In this document: piece by piece, positions 22,059 to 33,046 of the stretch | Position numbering within the stretch: position 1 is the first letter of the stretch | Layout: every line of letters starts with the position of its first letter | Origin: Limisphaerales bacterium | GTDB taxonomy: Bacteria > Verrucomicrobiota > Verrucomicrobiia > Limisphaerales > JAJOIW01 | Direction of reading: 5' to 3' | Assembly (NCBI GenBank): GCA_965657355.1 | Contig: CBFHOE010000007.1 | Span: 240,113-304,112 of the forward strand | Length of the DNA: 64,000 bases | Notes under the pieces: generated by a model | What the model saw: the letters and a program-made list of their open reading frames with translations, nothing else | Told to the model about the DNA's origin: nothing | Database searches by the model: none | Position numbers and translations under genes: made by a program

Positions 22059-23126
22059 ATGAATTTACCCAAAGTGAAGGTTGGAATAGTTGGTGCCTCT
22101 GGATATTCCGGAGAGGAGCTTTTGCACCTCCTCCTCAGACACCCTGGTGTAGAGCTTTCAGTTGCGACATCCAGGCAATATTCAGGACAAAAGCTGACTG
22201 AAGTTTTCCCCCGGTTCAGCCACTACCCCGGAAACAGTGGATTGAATTTTGTCGAACCTCACCCTGACGAGTTTGGACAGCACGCAGATCTCTTCTTCTT
22301 AGCTCTGCCTCATGGCGTCGCTCATGAGTATGCAGGTTCCCTTCTCAGGCAAGGCAAGAAAGTCATCGATCTCAGCGCGGATTTTAGGCTGGATGACCCG
22401 CGAACATACGAGGAATTTTACGAACACAAACACCCCCTGCCAGAGCTTTTAGATGAAAGCGTTTATGGATTAACCGAGCTCAATAAGGAATTCATAAAGT
22501 CGGCCAGGCTTGTCGCCTCTCCGGGGTGCTACCCAACAAGCATTCTCATACCCACCACACCCCTGGTAGAGCGTGGATTGATCCATCCAGATTCTATAAT
22601 CGCTGACTGCTTAAGCGGTGTGAGCGGAGCCGGAAAAAAAGCCTCCATTCCTTACCTTTATGTAGAGTGTAATGAAAGCCTCCGCCCATATGGAATACCC
22701 AAGCACAGGCACCTATCTGAAATCGAACAAGAATTGTCAAAAGCTGCAAAGAAAAAAGTAACCATCCAATTTTCCCCTCACCTTGTTCCGGTAAATAGAG
22801 GCATTCTGACGACTTTATATGCGGCACCAAAGCAGGAACTAAGGTCCGAGTCGTCATTTGTTGAATTCGAAAAAAACCTCAATGATACTTACTCGGATTA
22901 CTATTCTGAATCAACTTTTGTAAGACACCTTAGCAATTCAGGTCTTCCAGATACAAAGAATGTAGTCGGCACAAATGTCATTGAGTTTGGTTGGAAACTC
23001 GATAGAAGGACTGGCCGACTTGTCCTAATGTCAGCAGAGGACAATCTAGTAAAAGGGGCTGCAGGGCAGGCAGTCCAATCATTCAATGTAATGAACGATT
23101 ACCCAGAATCAACTGGATTAATATAG
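22059..23126 (+). CDS. argC: N-acetyl-gamma-glutamyl-phosphate reductase
   Basis: GASGYSG, FLALPHG, PGCYPT, SGVSGAG, DNLVKGAAGQA. Confidence 0.97.
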   Translation: MNLPKVKVGIVGASGYSGEELLHLLLRHPGVELSVATSRQYSGQKLTEVFPRFSHYPGNSGLNFVEPHPDEFGQHADLFFLALPHGVAHEYAGSLLRQGKKVIDLSADFRLDDPRTYEEFYEHKHPLPELLDESVYGLTELNKEFIKSARLVASPGCYPTSILIPTTPLVERGLIHPDSIIADCLSGVSGAGKKASIPYLYVECNESLRPYGIPKHRHLSEIEQELSKAAKKKVTIQFSPHLVPVNRGILTTLYAAPKQELRSESSFVEFEKNLNDTYSDYYSESTFVRHLSNSGLPDTKNVVGTNVIEFGWKLDRRTGRLVLMSAEDNLVKGAAGQAVQSFNVMNDYPESTGLI

Positions 23127-23172
23127 ACACTAACGAAGCTCACCAATTTGATACCTCATTCCGTTGAAAAAA

Positions 23173-24480
23173 ATGGCAAAGAAAAATTGGAAAATCATTC
23201 AAGGTTCTATCTGTGCCCCTTTAGGATTCAAAACAGGATCTGTTTTTTGCGACGTCAAAACACTAGGCACGGGAAAGGGATCTAACAAAGGCAAGAAAAG
23301 AGATCTGGCTGTCATTACCTCATCAAAGCCAGCCTCAGTAGCAGGGATGTTTACGACCAATCAGGTTGTCGCGGCACCGGTGACATTAAGCATACCAAGA
23401 GCCAATAAATCTCAGGCCCAAGCTGTGGTGGTTAATTCGGGTAATGCCAACGCATGCACGGGGTCGCAGGGATGGAAAGATGCCATCGAAATGGCAGAAA
23501 TTACTGCTAAAAATCTAGCGATTGACAATCCAGAAGACGTCCTTGTTTGCTCAACCGGAAGGATAGGATTAACACTCCCCATGAACAATGTTAGGGAAGG
23601 TATAGTTAAGGCATGCCAGAACCTGAAAGACTCAATCGATTCAGCAAACCTGAGTGCTAGAGCCATTTTAACGAGTGATACCCGACCAAAAGAAATAAGC
23701 ATTGAACTGTCCCTTTCTGGAAAAAAAATTAAAATCGGAGGAATCACAAAAGGGGCTGGCATGATTCACCCCGGAATGAGTCCTACAGGGAAAAGACCGT
23801 ATTCCCAACCTCTACACGCAACAATGCTTTGCTTTATTACAACGGACTGCAACATAGACTCCAATACTTGGAAAAAAGCCATAAGAGAAGCCGTCAGTTG
23901 TAGTTTTAACAAGATATCAGTCGACGGGGACATGAGCACTAATGATTCAGTCATCGGCCTTGCTAATGGCCTTGCTAGAAACACAAAAATCACAAACCTC
24001 AACGGGAAATCAGGAAATGCTTTTTTGGAAGCATTGAAATTTGTTTGCCTGGAACTCGCCAAAATGATTGTAAAAGATGGCGAGGGTGTTACCAAACTCA
24101 TCAAACTCAATATCCAGGGGGCTCAGTCGCATATTCAGGCCGATTTGGCAGCAAGAGCCATCGCAAACTCTGAATTAGTCAAGACATCTTGGTTTGGGGA
24201 GGATCCGAACTGGGGAAGAATTGCTCACGCCCTCGGTTATTCAGAAGCCAAAGTTGATGTTGATAAGTTAGATATTGGTTACTCAAAAATCGATGCAAAG
24301 AGAATTTCATACGCTATCAAAGGCGGAACACCAACAAAAACCTCACTCGATACTCTCAGAAGAATTTGTCAGTTCGAAGCATTCGAAGTCCACTGTAATC
24401 TCAACCTAGGAAAAGGAAAAACCGACTTTTACACTTGTGATCTTTCCGAGGAATACGTCGATTTTAATAAAGGAGAATAA
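23173..24480 (+). CDS. argJ: Ornithine acetyltransferase / N-acetylglutamate synthase
   Basis: NSGNANACTG, KGAGMI.P, HATML, VDGDMSTND, DPNWGR. Confidence 0.96.
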   Translation: MAKKNWKIIQGSICAPLGFKTGSVFCDVKTLGTGKGSNKGKKRDLAVITSSKPASVAGMFTTNQVVAAPVTLSIPRANKSQAQAVVVNSGNANACTGSQGWKDAIEMAEITAKNLAIDNPEDVLVCSTGRIGLTLPMNNVREGIVKACQNLKDSIDSANLSARAILTSDTRPKEISIELSLSGKKIKIGGITKGAGMIHPGMSPTGKRPYSQPLHATMLCFITTDCNIDSNTWKKAIREAVSCSFNKISVDGDMSTNDSVIGLANGLARNTKITNLNGKSGNAFLEALKFVCLELAKMIVKDGEGVTKLIKLNIQGAQSHIQADLAARAIANSELVKTSWFGEDPNWGRIAHALGYSEAKVDVDKLDIGYSKIDAKRISYAIKGGTPTKTSLDTLRRICQFEAFEVHCNLNLGKGKTDFYTCDLSEEYVDFNKGE

Positions 24481-24488
24481 TAAGATTC

Positions 24489-25364
24489 ATGGATACTTTA
24501 ATTCAAAAAGCGTCAACACTTCTTGAAGCGCTTCCTTACATCCAAAATTTCAGAAACAAAACCTTTGTTGTTAAATATGGTGGGAGCTTCATGGATTCGC
24601 CAAACGCTGATATCAGGCAGGGGGTGGCAAGGGATGTTGTATTTTTGGAAACTGTCGGAATAAATCCAGTGGTTGTTCATGGTGGAGGTAAGGCAATTTC
24701 CAGAGCAATAAAGAATTCTGGTTATGAGATAAAATTTACCCAGGGAATGCGAGTCACGGATGAGAAAATGATTTCGATTGTCGACAGGGTGCTCTCAGAT
24801 GAGATTAACCCGGAAATCGTTAAACACATCGAATCCAATGGTGGAAAAGCAAAAGGTATCAAAGGGAAAGATATCCTCACTTGCAAAAAATTAATACTGA
24901 AGGGGCCAGAGGGAGAAGATATAGACCCTGGTTTTGTTGGCATTGTCGTCGCAGTAAACACCGGCCCCCTAATAGAATGTATTACAAATCACATAACGCC
25001 TGTTATCAGTCCGACAGCATTGGGCATTGATGGAAAAGTTTACAATTGTAACGCCGATGTAGCGGCAGCTCAAATTGCAAAGGCTATCACTGCCAGCAGA
25101 CTGGTATATATGTCTGATGTTGCTGGTTTACTGAATGACCCTAATGACCCGAACTCTCTAATCGAGCATTTGAGCATTAATGATGTAGATAGACTCAAAC
25201 GAAAAGGAATCATCTCAGATGGAATGATCCCAAAAATGGATAGCGCGGTGGAGGCAATAAAATCAGGTATAGAAAAAGTTGCCCTGGTAGACGGTAGACT
25301 CCCCCACTCTGTTCTTCTAGAGATATTTACTGACAAAGGAGTAGGAACGGAAATCACATTATAA
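24489..25364 (+). CDS. argB: Acetylglutamate kinase
   Basis: VVKYGG, VHGGG, GMRVTD, NAD, GMIPK. Confidence 0.97.
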   Translation: MDTLIQKASTLLEALPYIQNFRNKTFVVKYGGSFMDSPNADIRQGVARDVVFLETVGINPVVVHGGGKAISRAIKNSGYEIKFTQGMRVTDEKMISIVDRVLSDEINPEIVKHIESNGGKAKGIKGKDILTCKKLILKGPEGEDIDPGFVGIVVAVNTGPLIECITNHITPVISPTALGIDGKVYNCNADVAAAQIAKAITASRLVYMSDVAGLLNDPNDPNSLIEHLSINDVDRLKRKGIISDGMIPKMDSAVEAIKSGIEKVALVDGRLPHSVLLEIFTDKGVGTEITL

Positions 25365-25377
25365 GGTGGCAGTCCCA

Positions 25378-26637
25378 ATGATGACAAAATCTCAAGAAAT
25401 AATAAATCGTTTCGACAATAGCGTTATCTCCAATTATGGAAGGTTTGATCTTGTTATTAGTAGAGCATACGAGTTTGAAGTATTTGATATCGAGGGACGG
25501 CGGTATTTGGATATGGGATTTGGTATTGCTGTCAATTGCCTCGGGCATTGTCACCCAGAGCTCAAAGATTGCCTAACTCAACAAATGGAGTCTTTAGATC
25601 ACGTTTCAAATCTCTATTACTACGAAAACCAAGCCCAGCTAGCCGAAAACATCTCTCACCGCCTGGGCGGAGGAAAAGTATTCTTCTGCAATTCTGGCGC
25701 TGAATCCAACGAAGCAATTATCAAACTGGCCAGAAGATTCGGCCATAATGAAGGTCGTTACAAAATTATAACTGCCGAGAATTCTTTTCATGGAAGAACC
25801 CTGGCTACCATAGCAGCCACAGGTCAGCAAAAAGTAAAAACAGGATTTGGACCAGCAGTTGAAGGATTTTCACACATTCCTTTTGGAGATTTATCAGCAT
25901 TCGAAAATTCGATTGATGAAAAAACTGCCGCCATCCTCATAGAGGGCGTTCAAGGTGAAGGAGGACTCACAACGGCATCCGCAGAATACCTGCGAGAAAT
26001 TAGAAATATTTGTAATGAAGAAAACATTCTTTTCCTAATGGATGGCGTTCAGTGCGGAATGTTCAGGACGGGCAAGTTTCAAAGTATCCAAAGAATCCTG
26101 GATCTGAATTCCGAAGACCAAACCAATTGGTTACCTGATGCGATATCAATGGGAAAATCACTAGCCGGTGGATTTCCAATAGGAGCGCTTTGGGCTGGAT
26201 CTAAAACTAAGGATATCCTGGAAGCAGGCTCACATGGCACGACCTATGGTGGAAATCCTCTCGCATGTGCAGTTTCCAATAAGGTTTTTGAAATTATTCA
26301 AAGAGACAATCTGGACAAAAACATACGAGACATGGAAATCCTCTTAAGGAAAAATCTTGAGTCAATAAAATCAGAATTTTCACAATCAATTTTATCTATC
26401 AGAGGACTGGGATTCATGACGGGGATCGTCCTGAACCCTGAATCGCCAATTTTTAAGTCATTAAATGGTGTTACTCCCTCGATCTATGTCACAAAAAAAA
26501 TACAAGAAATGGGAATGCTAGTCATCCCAGCAGGGCCGCATGTCGTCAGGTTTTTACCCGCGTACAATATTGGGCCGAAACAAATCGATGAGGCCATTGG
26601 AATTCTCAGAAAATCAATGCAGCACATTCATGAGTAA
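25378..26637 (+). CDS. argD: Acetylornithine aminotransferase
   Basis: FCNSGAESNE, SFHGRT, QCGMFRTG, HGTTYGGNP; operon context. Confidence 0.92.
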   Translation: MMTKSQEIINRFDNSVISNYGRFDLVISRAYEFEVFDIEGRRYLDMGFGIAVNCLGHCHPELKDCLTQQMESLDHVSNLYYYENQAQLAENISHRLGGGKVFFCNSGAESNEAIIKLARRFGHNEGRYKIITAENSFHGRTLATIAATGQQKVKTGFGPAVEGFSHIPFGDLSAFENSIDEKTAAILIEGVQGEGGLTTASAEYLREIRNICNEENILFLMDGVQCGMFRTGKFQSIQRILDLNSEDQTNWLPDAISMGKSLAGGFPIGALWAGSKTKDILEAGSHGTTYGGNPLACAVSNKVFEIIQRDNLDKNIRDMEILLRKNLESIKSEFSQSILSIRGLGFMTGIVLNPESPIFKSLNGVTPSIYVTKKIQEMGMLVIPAGPHVVRFLPAYNIGPKQIDEAIGILRKSMQHIHE

Positions 26638-26709
26638 CAAATCATCATTGATCAACCTAAATAAAAAATTACCCGAAGTATCAACCAAGGGATTCTGGAA
26701 AACAAAAAT

Positions 26710-27630
26710 ATGAATCACTTATTGAGCCTTGCAAAAATGAGCGGTACTGAAATGAGAGAGGTTATTGAGCTCTCCCATAAAGTGAAGGCTAACCGTAACA
26801 AACAACACCAAAAAATATTTGATGGCCAAACCTGGGCTTTGATCTTTTCAAAAGCGTCCACCAGGACAAGAGTTTCATTCGAAGTGGGACTAAGAGAATT
26901 GGGTGCAAACGTCATTTTCCTTTCAGCTAGTGACATGCAATTAGGAAGAGGTGAGCCCATCAGGGATACAGCCCGAGTTTTGGGGCGCATGGTTCATGGT
27001 GCTGTCATAAGAACGTTTGAGCAGTCAGATGTTGAGGAATTCGCAGAATTCTCAAAAATACCAACGATAAATGCCTTAACAGATGCCGAACACCCGTGCC
27101 AGATTCTTGCAGACATCTTTACTTTCGAGGAATTGAGGGGACGGATCGAGGGAAAAACAGTAACTTTCGTGGGAGACGGAGATTGCAATGTGCCAAGATC
27201 TTGGATTTTCGCGGCGGCAAAACTAGGATTCGAGCTACGAATCGCAGCCCCAAGTGCATTCCACCCCCCACAATCAATAATTGATCAAGCCATGCACAAT
27301 GCAGTCCCTGGTGCTCTGGTTTCGGTGACTGAAAATATCGAGGAAGCCACCAAAGGAACAGATCTTATCTATACCGATGTGTGGGTATCTATGGGAAAAG
27401 AAGATGAATCAGCCGAGCGAATAAATACTCTCAAAGCGTATCAAATCAACCAAAAGATGGTGAACATGGCCCGGCCGAATGCGCTGATAATGCACTGTCT
27501 GCCCGCTTATAGAGGCAAAGAAATCACCGAGGAGGTCATGGAAACAAATGCTGAAACCATCTTTAGTGAAGCCGAAAATAGGTTACATGTCCAAAAATCC
27601 ATTCTTATGAAGCTCAATAAGTCGAATTAA
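26710..27630 (+). CDS. argF: Ornithine carbamoyltransferase
   Basis: STRTR, HPCQ, DVWVSMG, HCLP. Confidence 0.96.
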   Translation: MNHLLSLAKMSGTEMREVIELSHKVKANRNKQHQKIFDGQTWALIFSKASTRTRVSFEVGLRELGANVIFLSASDMQLGRGEPIRDTARVLGRMVHGAVIRTFEQSDVEEFAEFSKIPTINALTDAEHPCQILADIFTFEELRGRIEGKTVTFVGDGDCNVPRSWIFAAAKLGFELRIAAPSAFHPPQSIIDQAMHNAVPGALVSVTENIEEATKGTDLIYTDVWVSMGKEDESAERINTLKAYQINQKMVNMARPNALIMHCLPAYRGKEITEEVMETNAETIFSEAENRLHVQKSILMKLNKSN

Positions 27631-27672
27631 GTTTCTTTCTTTTTTCCTTTATAACGGCAAGATACTAATCAA

Positions 27673-28920
27673 ATGACAACAGAAGGTAATTCCAAGGAAG
27701 CTCCGCCAAAGCCTAAGCAAAAAAGGGTTAACCTGAGAACTCCAGATATCATGGAAGCCGTCCAGGCTCAAGTTGAAGGCCATTATCGGTCTGAGCTTGT
27801 GGATACGCTTCGAGCCCGTGGAAATAAACTTCAGGCCGGATCAATCCGAATCAGGCTCGCTAAAGAATTTGGCTTTTGCTACGGGGTGGAGAGAGCCATT
27901 GACCTAGCCTACGCTGCTCGCAAAGTTTTCCCGAATGAACGACTTTTCATCTTAGGTGAAATCATACACAACCCTGAGGTGAATGACCAAGTGAGAGCCA
28001 TGGGGATTAAATCAATAATGGGTTCTAATAAAGAATTCGATGTCGATGACCTAAGACCTGAAGACATTGTTATAATTCCAGCTTTCGGAGCTGAGGTAGA
28101 TGTCATCGATAAAATCAAGTCCATCGGATGTCGATTTGTTGATACAACGTGCGGTGATGTCATGAGTGTTTGGAAAAGGGTCAGACAATACTCTCGAGAT
28201 AAATTCACTTCGATCATTCATGGGAAAGCTTGGCATGAAGAAACAAAGGCAACGAGCTCGAGAGCGACCGCCGCTGGACCAGGCCACTACCTCGTGGTTT
28301 ATAGCCTGGAAGAAACAGATTTCGTTTGTAACTTCATTTTGAATGGTGGCGATCGTGATGAATTTCTCAAGAAATTCGAAGGCGCCTTCTCCAATGGATT
28401 CGATCCAGATAAGCATTTAAAATACATAGGCGTCGCAAATCAGACCACCATGATGCGCGGCGAGACTGAGGAGGTCCAGAGAAGGTTAGCAAAAGCCATT
28501 GAATCAAAATATGGCAAGCAAGATCTGGACATGCATTTTAGGTTTTTCGATACAATTTGCGGCGCAACCCAGGATAGACAAGATGCATTACATTACCTGC
28601 TGCGTGAGTCAATGGATTTACTTCTTGTTATTGGAGGTTACAATTCGTCCAATACTTCTCATCTCGCAGAAATGGGCGAAGCCGTATTGCCAACCTACTT
28701 CATTAAAAATGCATCTAAAATGGAATCCCCACAAAAAATAACCCATTTTAACCAGCACGTAGGAAAAGAAGAGACCACTGAAAACTGGCTACCCGAAGGA
28801 GAAATCACTATCGGCATTACAGCAGGCGCATCTTGTCCAAACAACCTTATCGAAGATACCATAAAACGCCTGTTGGATTTGAAAAAAATATCAGTTGCTT
28901 CTATACTCGGCAATTCGTAA
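27673..28920 (+). CDS. ispH: 4-hydroxy-3-methylbut-2-enyl diphosphate reductase
   Basis: GFCYGVERA, DTTC, HEET, NQTT, TIC.AT..RQ, NSSNT, TAGAS.P. Confidence 0.95.
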   Translation: MTTEGNSKEAPPKPKQKRVNLRTPDIMEAVQAQVEGHYRSELVDTLRARGNKLQAGSIRIRLAKEFGFCYGVERAIDLAYAARKVFPNERLFILGEIIHNPEVNDQVRAMGIKSIMGSNKEFDVDDLRPEDIVIIPAFGAEVDVIDKIKSIGCRFVDTTCGDVMSVWKRVRQYSRDKFTSIIHGKAWHEETKATSSRATAAGPGHYLVVYSLEETDFVCNFILNGGDRDEFLKKFEGAFSNGFDPDKHLKYIGVANQTTMMRGETEEVQRRLAKAIESKYGKQDLDMHFRFFDTICGATQDRQDALHYLLRESMDLLLVIGGYNSSNTSHLAEMGEAVLPTYFIKNASKMESPQKITHFNQHVGKEETTENWLPEGEITIGITAGASCPNNLIEDTIKRLLDLKKISVASILGNS

Positions 28921-28934
28921 ATCTTTAATTCGCC

Positions 28935-30137
28935 ATGAGTGAGGATGCTCTCACACCTCGAACAAGACTGGAACTCGAGGGCTTCGAAGATAACTACCTT
29001 GCGAACTATGCCCAAAGAAGCTTTCAATCAAAGGGTAGAAACTTTCCTGAGTCTATTTCAGACTGGAGGACAGCTTTTCAAAGAGATAGAGACAGGGTCG
29101 TCCACTCAAAAGCTTTTAGACGATTAGAATACAAAACCCAGGTATTCCTCAATGGTTCAGGCGACCATCTCAGAACCCGCCTAACTCATACCATCGAAGT
29201 AGCCGCCATAAGTCGAAATATCGCCAGAGCGCTGAGATTAAATGAAGATCTTACAGAGACTATCGCACTGGCTCATGACTTAGGGCATTCCCCTTTCGGG
29301 CATATGGGCGAACACACTCTTAACAAGCTCATGAAAGAGCATGGCGGTTTTGAGCATAATATACAAAGCCTAAGAATTGTAGAAACACTTGAATCAAAAT
29401 ACCCAGACCACCCCGGTCTCAATTTGTCATGGGAGGTCAGAGAAGGGCTACTTAAGCACACAATTAATCCAGAACACCCAAATTGGACGAGTGAATTCAA
29501 TACCTTATGCCCCTCACTTGAGGCTCAGGTTGCTAATGTTGCAGACGAAATCACTTACTACAGCCACGACCTTGATGATGGGCTCGAAAGTGGCCTTCTC
29601 ATTGATGAAAATCTCAGGGAGAATGTGGAAATATGGGACCGTATTTGTTCGGAAAATAAAAAAAATGCTATGGATTTGCCACCGGAAAGAAGGAGGTATT
29701 TCATTATCCGGTGCCTCATTGATTTTTTGGTTAAAGATATAGTGGAGACATCAATAAAGAATATCGACAAGTCAGGAGTTGATTCGAGCAATGCAGTCAG
29801 AAACTGGCCTGAGCGACTTGTTCGACCAAGCCAGGCTGTCCATGACATGCTCTACCAACTAAGAAAATATCTTTTCAATGAATTATACCATCACCCGGTA
29901 GTTAAGTCCCCAAATCAAAATTCTATTGCCATGTTAGAGGAATTGTTTTCTTTCTATATACTCCAGCCGCAAGAGTTAGGTGAAGGGTCACAGAAAAGAA
30001 TTCATGAATTTAACTTACACAGGGTGGTCTGTGATTATCTCTCCGGAATGACCGACGGATTTGCGATCGATGCTTACAAAAAACATCTCGGAAAACAACC
30101 ACTACTTCCTTTTGGTGCCAATTTTGAAGCTCCATAG
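28935..30137 (+). CDS. dgt: dGTP triphosphohydrolase-like HD protein
   Basis: FQRDRDR, RRLEYKTQVF, RTRLTH, HDLGH.PFGH.GE, DYLSGMTD. Confidence 0.93.
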   Translation: MSEDALTPRTRLELEGFEDNYLANYAQRSFQSKGRNFPESISDWRTAFQRDRDRVVHSKAFRRLEYKTQVFLNGSGDHLRTRLTHTIEVAAISRNIARALRLNEDLTETIALAHDLGHSPFGHMGEHTLNKLMKEHGGFEHNIQSLRIVETLESKYPDHPGLNLSWEVREGLLKHTINPEHPNWTSEFNTLCPSLEAQVANVADEITYYSHDLDDGLESGLLIDENLRENVEIWDRICSENKKNAMDLPPERRRYFIIRCLIDFLVKDIVETSIKNIDKSGVDSSNAVRNWPERLVRPSQAVHDMLYQLRKYLFNELYHHPVVKSPNQNSIAMLEELFSFYILQPQELGEGSQKRIHEFNLHRVVCDYLSGMTDGFAIDAYKKHLGKQPLLPFGANFEAP

Positions 30138-30168
30138 AAAAATTCTACGAGTGTCATTCATTGCTATA

Positions 30169-30738
30169 TCAATTGAGTGAAGGATCGTCAGGCTGCTGAG
30201 AAATCAACTTGTATTCAGGCCCCATCTCAGCGAGCAGGTGGTTCCATATGTCCTTGCCTGGAATTGAAAAAATGGAATCTATAGACGACTGGTGAACAAA
30301 CCAAGCACCTGATTTCAATTCTTGCTCAAGCTGCCCGCTCCCCCAACCAGAATACCCTCCGAAAACTTTTATTTCCTTGCTTGGTGAATAATTACCCACG
30401 AGCTCAAGAAGGCCTTCGATAGAATTTCCGAATTCTATTCCTGGTACGATATTAGTTTTGATTAACCCACCATCAGCATGGAGGTAGCTCAATACGTCTG
30501 TTTGAACAGGGCCGCCTAGATATAATGGCAAAGATTTTATGGATTCAGGCAAATTGGCTTCGACCACTTTACCTAAAGTCGAACCAGTAGGACGATTAAT
30601 TACGAATCCAAGGGATCCTTCAAGGTCGTGCTGACAAAGATATATCACGGTCTTTTCGAAAAATGACCCTTTCAACTTACCGCTATCCAATAGAAATGCT
30701 CCCTTTAATGATTGATCTACAGCCATGCCATCTTCCAT
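30169..30738 (-). CDS. YqgE/AlgH (UPF0301) family protein
   Basis: GSLGFVINRP, LGGPV, GYSGWGSGQLEQEL. Confidence 0.92.
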   Translation of the reverse strand: MEDGMAVDQSLKGAFLLDSGKLKGSFFEKTVIYLCQHDLEGSLGFVINRPTGSTLGKVVEANLPESIKSLPLYLGGPVQTDVLSYLHADGGLIKTNIVPGIEFGNSIEGLLELVGNYSPSKEIKVFGGYSGWGSGQLEQELKSGAWFVHQSSIDSIFSIPGKDIWNHLLAEMGPEYKLISQQPDDPSLN

Positions 30739-30922
30739 ACACAGAACATTTACTATACGTATTTTGAGAAATTCCTCACATTTTTAAAAAATTGCGTAAT
30801 GCAAACTAACAGGAATCTACTCACAAAATAGGATCCAATAAAATGTTACCCGGTTGTATTAAGTTTTCTTTTTGCATCCCTGTTTAATTTAAAATCCTCG
30901 ACTCATTCGTAAATTTAGCAAC

Positions 30923-30951
30923 AAAAAAACGCACCCAAAAGCATGAGTGCG
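30923..30951 (-). terminator. Rho-independent terminator after the RRM gene
   Basis: Minus-strand CGCACTCA/TGGGTGCG stem followed by T7. Confidence 0.7.
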
Positions 30952-31003
30952 CGTCTTTGAATTAAAATTCTGAACAAGGTAATTTTAGGATGAAATTGGT
31001 AAA

Positions 31004-31324
31004 TTAATACCTATCTCTTCTCCCGCCTCTGCCACCTCTATCGTTTCGATTATTACGGAATTTTCCACCGCCACCCGACGGTTTTTTCTCTTTAGCTTCA
31101 TCAACATGCAGATTTCGCCCGTTAAATTCTTGCCCATTGATGGCTTCAATAGCATCTCGAGCTTCTGATTCTGATGAATAGGTTACAAACGCAAAGCCCT
31201 TGTAATTTCCGGAGTCTCTATCTCTTGGCATATAAAAGTCAACAACGTCGCCATGGTTGCTGAACAAATCTTGGATATCATCCTCAGTCGATTCGTATGG
31301 TATGTTTGCTACAAAAAGTTTCAT
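31004..31324 (-). CDS. RRM RNA-binding protein with Gly/Arg-rich tail
   Basis: RNP2 LFVANI and RNP1 KGFAFVTY; start at MKLF. Confidence 0.93.
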   Translation of the reverse strand: MKLFVANIPYESTEDDIQDLFSNHGDVVDFYMPRDRDSGNYKGFAFVTYSSESEARDAIEAINGQEFNGRNLHVDEAKEKKPSGGGGKFRNNRNDRGGRGGRRDRY

Positions 31325-31510
31325 GACTAATAATTTGCTGAGGAAAAAATCAAATAGCCTAATGAGAAACAAATCTACAGATCGTGGCTTTCGCCAAATT
31401 CAGTCGATGAATCCATAACCATAAGACCAATAATCCCTTATCCTCAACTGAACAGTGGGCCATCTCCCTTCAATAAACAACCATAATCTCAGATTTTAAA
31501 GCCCGATTTC

Positions 31511-31535
31511 CCATTGTTCGCCATACGAACAATGG
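31511..31535. repeat. Perfect 10-bp inverted repeat upstream of the RRM gene
   Basis: CCATTGTTCG-CCATA-CGAACAATGG. Confidence 0.7.
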
Positions 31536-31618
31536 TTCAGTATTCATTTAGGCAAAATTTATAGACCACAGAGATTTCAAAATGATCGGGCCTTTAGCCT
31601 AACCATTAAAACTCGGCG

Positions 31619-32875
31619 TTATTGATTTTGGGCTGGCAATTCAAAGATCGTGGGAAATATGTAGGCAGGATCTTTGCGAAGTACGAGAGTTTGGTAAAGA
31701 TTTTCAATCGTGCGCTCAGGTTCGATACCGTCTCGCATTTTTTTGCCATTAAAATAGAGCGATACAGGTTTATCTAAGTCAACCAAGCGGTCGTCTAGGT
31801 AAACCACGAATCCTTCCCTTGCATCCGATTCTATGTGTATATTTTGACCTTTTACTTCAGCTTTGGTCAGTGACCGTGATTTAGCTTTTCCTTCAGGAAC
31901 TCCGATCCAATAGAAAGCGTCATGGGTGACATCGTCTTGAAGCCAAACAATTTTTTTAGGACGGCTATTCCTGGAAAATCTGGTCATCCAGGGAAAAGCC
32001 TCTGAGTCTTTCCCTTGCATCCAATGCCCGTAATCGGGGTAGATGACGACCTTGTGGGTATATCCTGCCGGATCAGACTCCTGCAACTCTTTCAAAAAAC
32101 CTTTCCAATCTCTTGCTTTCTGATTCCGGCTGTATGCCGCATCTCGACCTCCCATATACAATGCGAAAGGAAGGTTTCGCAGTCCGTCAGCTTTTGTTTC
32201 ATTGGGGTGACCAGCCATCATAGCAGCAGCAGCATACCTGTCGGCCATTCTCGGTGCTAGTTGGTAGACACCATCACCTCCTGCACTATATCCATTTATG
32301 TAGACCTTGTTAGGGTTAACTCCTTGGAAAAGGACCATGTCCAAAATCAATTGGTCAAACATTGGATCAATGTGCCCCTGGTGCCATAGATTCCACGTAT
32401 CAGTGGGCGCTCGCGGCGCGACATAAATGCCTTCTTTTGGTTTGTACAAACGAATCTGGTTTCTCCACTGTGAGTCGTTCACTCGTGACGGGGCTCCCCC
32501 ACCACCGTGCATTGAAATAAACAAACTTCTCCCATTTGCTGGTTTTTCACCAAAAACCTTAAATTCATACTTCATGACCTTGTCGCCCAGCCGGATTGCT
32601 TTTTGTTTATAAGAATCTAAACGAGAATTCTTGTAGTTTTTCTTAAACCATTTCCAAAGAATTTGGCGAGCTTCATTAGATTGCTCTTTTGAAAGGTTTG
32701 CTTGGGCCCAATGGCTTTTTTCAATCTTATTCCCAATTGCGCTCTGTTTTTCAGACCATTTTTTTAAGAAAGCAATAGGACTATCTTTCTCTTCTCCCAT
32801 AACGGCTTGGACAAAAACTACGCTTAAAACAAGGATCAGAGCGGCAAATTGAATAGACTTTATTTTCCGAATCAT
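31619..32875 (-). CDS. Secreted alpha/beta-hydrolase (esterase/peptidase-like)
   Basis: Signal peptide, MHGGG oxyanion motif, GYSAG nucleophile elbow, GHW. Confidence 0.8.
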   Translation of the reverse strand: MIRKIKSIQFAALILVLSVVFVQAVMGEEKDSPIAFLKKWSEKQSAIGNKIEKSHWAQANLSKEQSNEARQILWKWFKKNYKNSRLDSYKQKAIRLGDKVMKYEFKVFGEKPANGRSLFISMHGGGGAPSRVNDSQWRNQIRLYKPKEGIYVAPRAPTDTWNLWHQGHIDPMFDQLILDMVLFQGVNPNKVYINGYSAGGDGVYQLAPRMADRYAAAAMMAGHPNETKADGLRNLPFALYMGGRDAAYSRNQKARDWKGFLKELQESDPAGYTHKVVIYPDYGHWMQGKDSEAFPWMTRFSRNSRPKKIVWLQDDVTHDAFYWIGVPEGKAKSRSLTKAEVKGQNIHIESDAREGFVVYLDDRLVDLDKPVSLYFNGKKMRDGIEPERTIENLYQTLVLRKDPAYIFPTIFELPAQNQ

Positions 32876-33046
32876 CTTGAAGATTTTATTAAATAATCAT
32901 CTTTTCGCAAATTAATTAAGGATGTCCAATTCATTAAAAATATCTATTTACAAAGTCTTTATCGCCCTGATTGTTTATGTTTTTCTAGGTTATGAAATGA
33001 GAGATAAGATGAAGGTATGGAGACTCTCATAATTTTTTAGAAAAGA

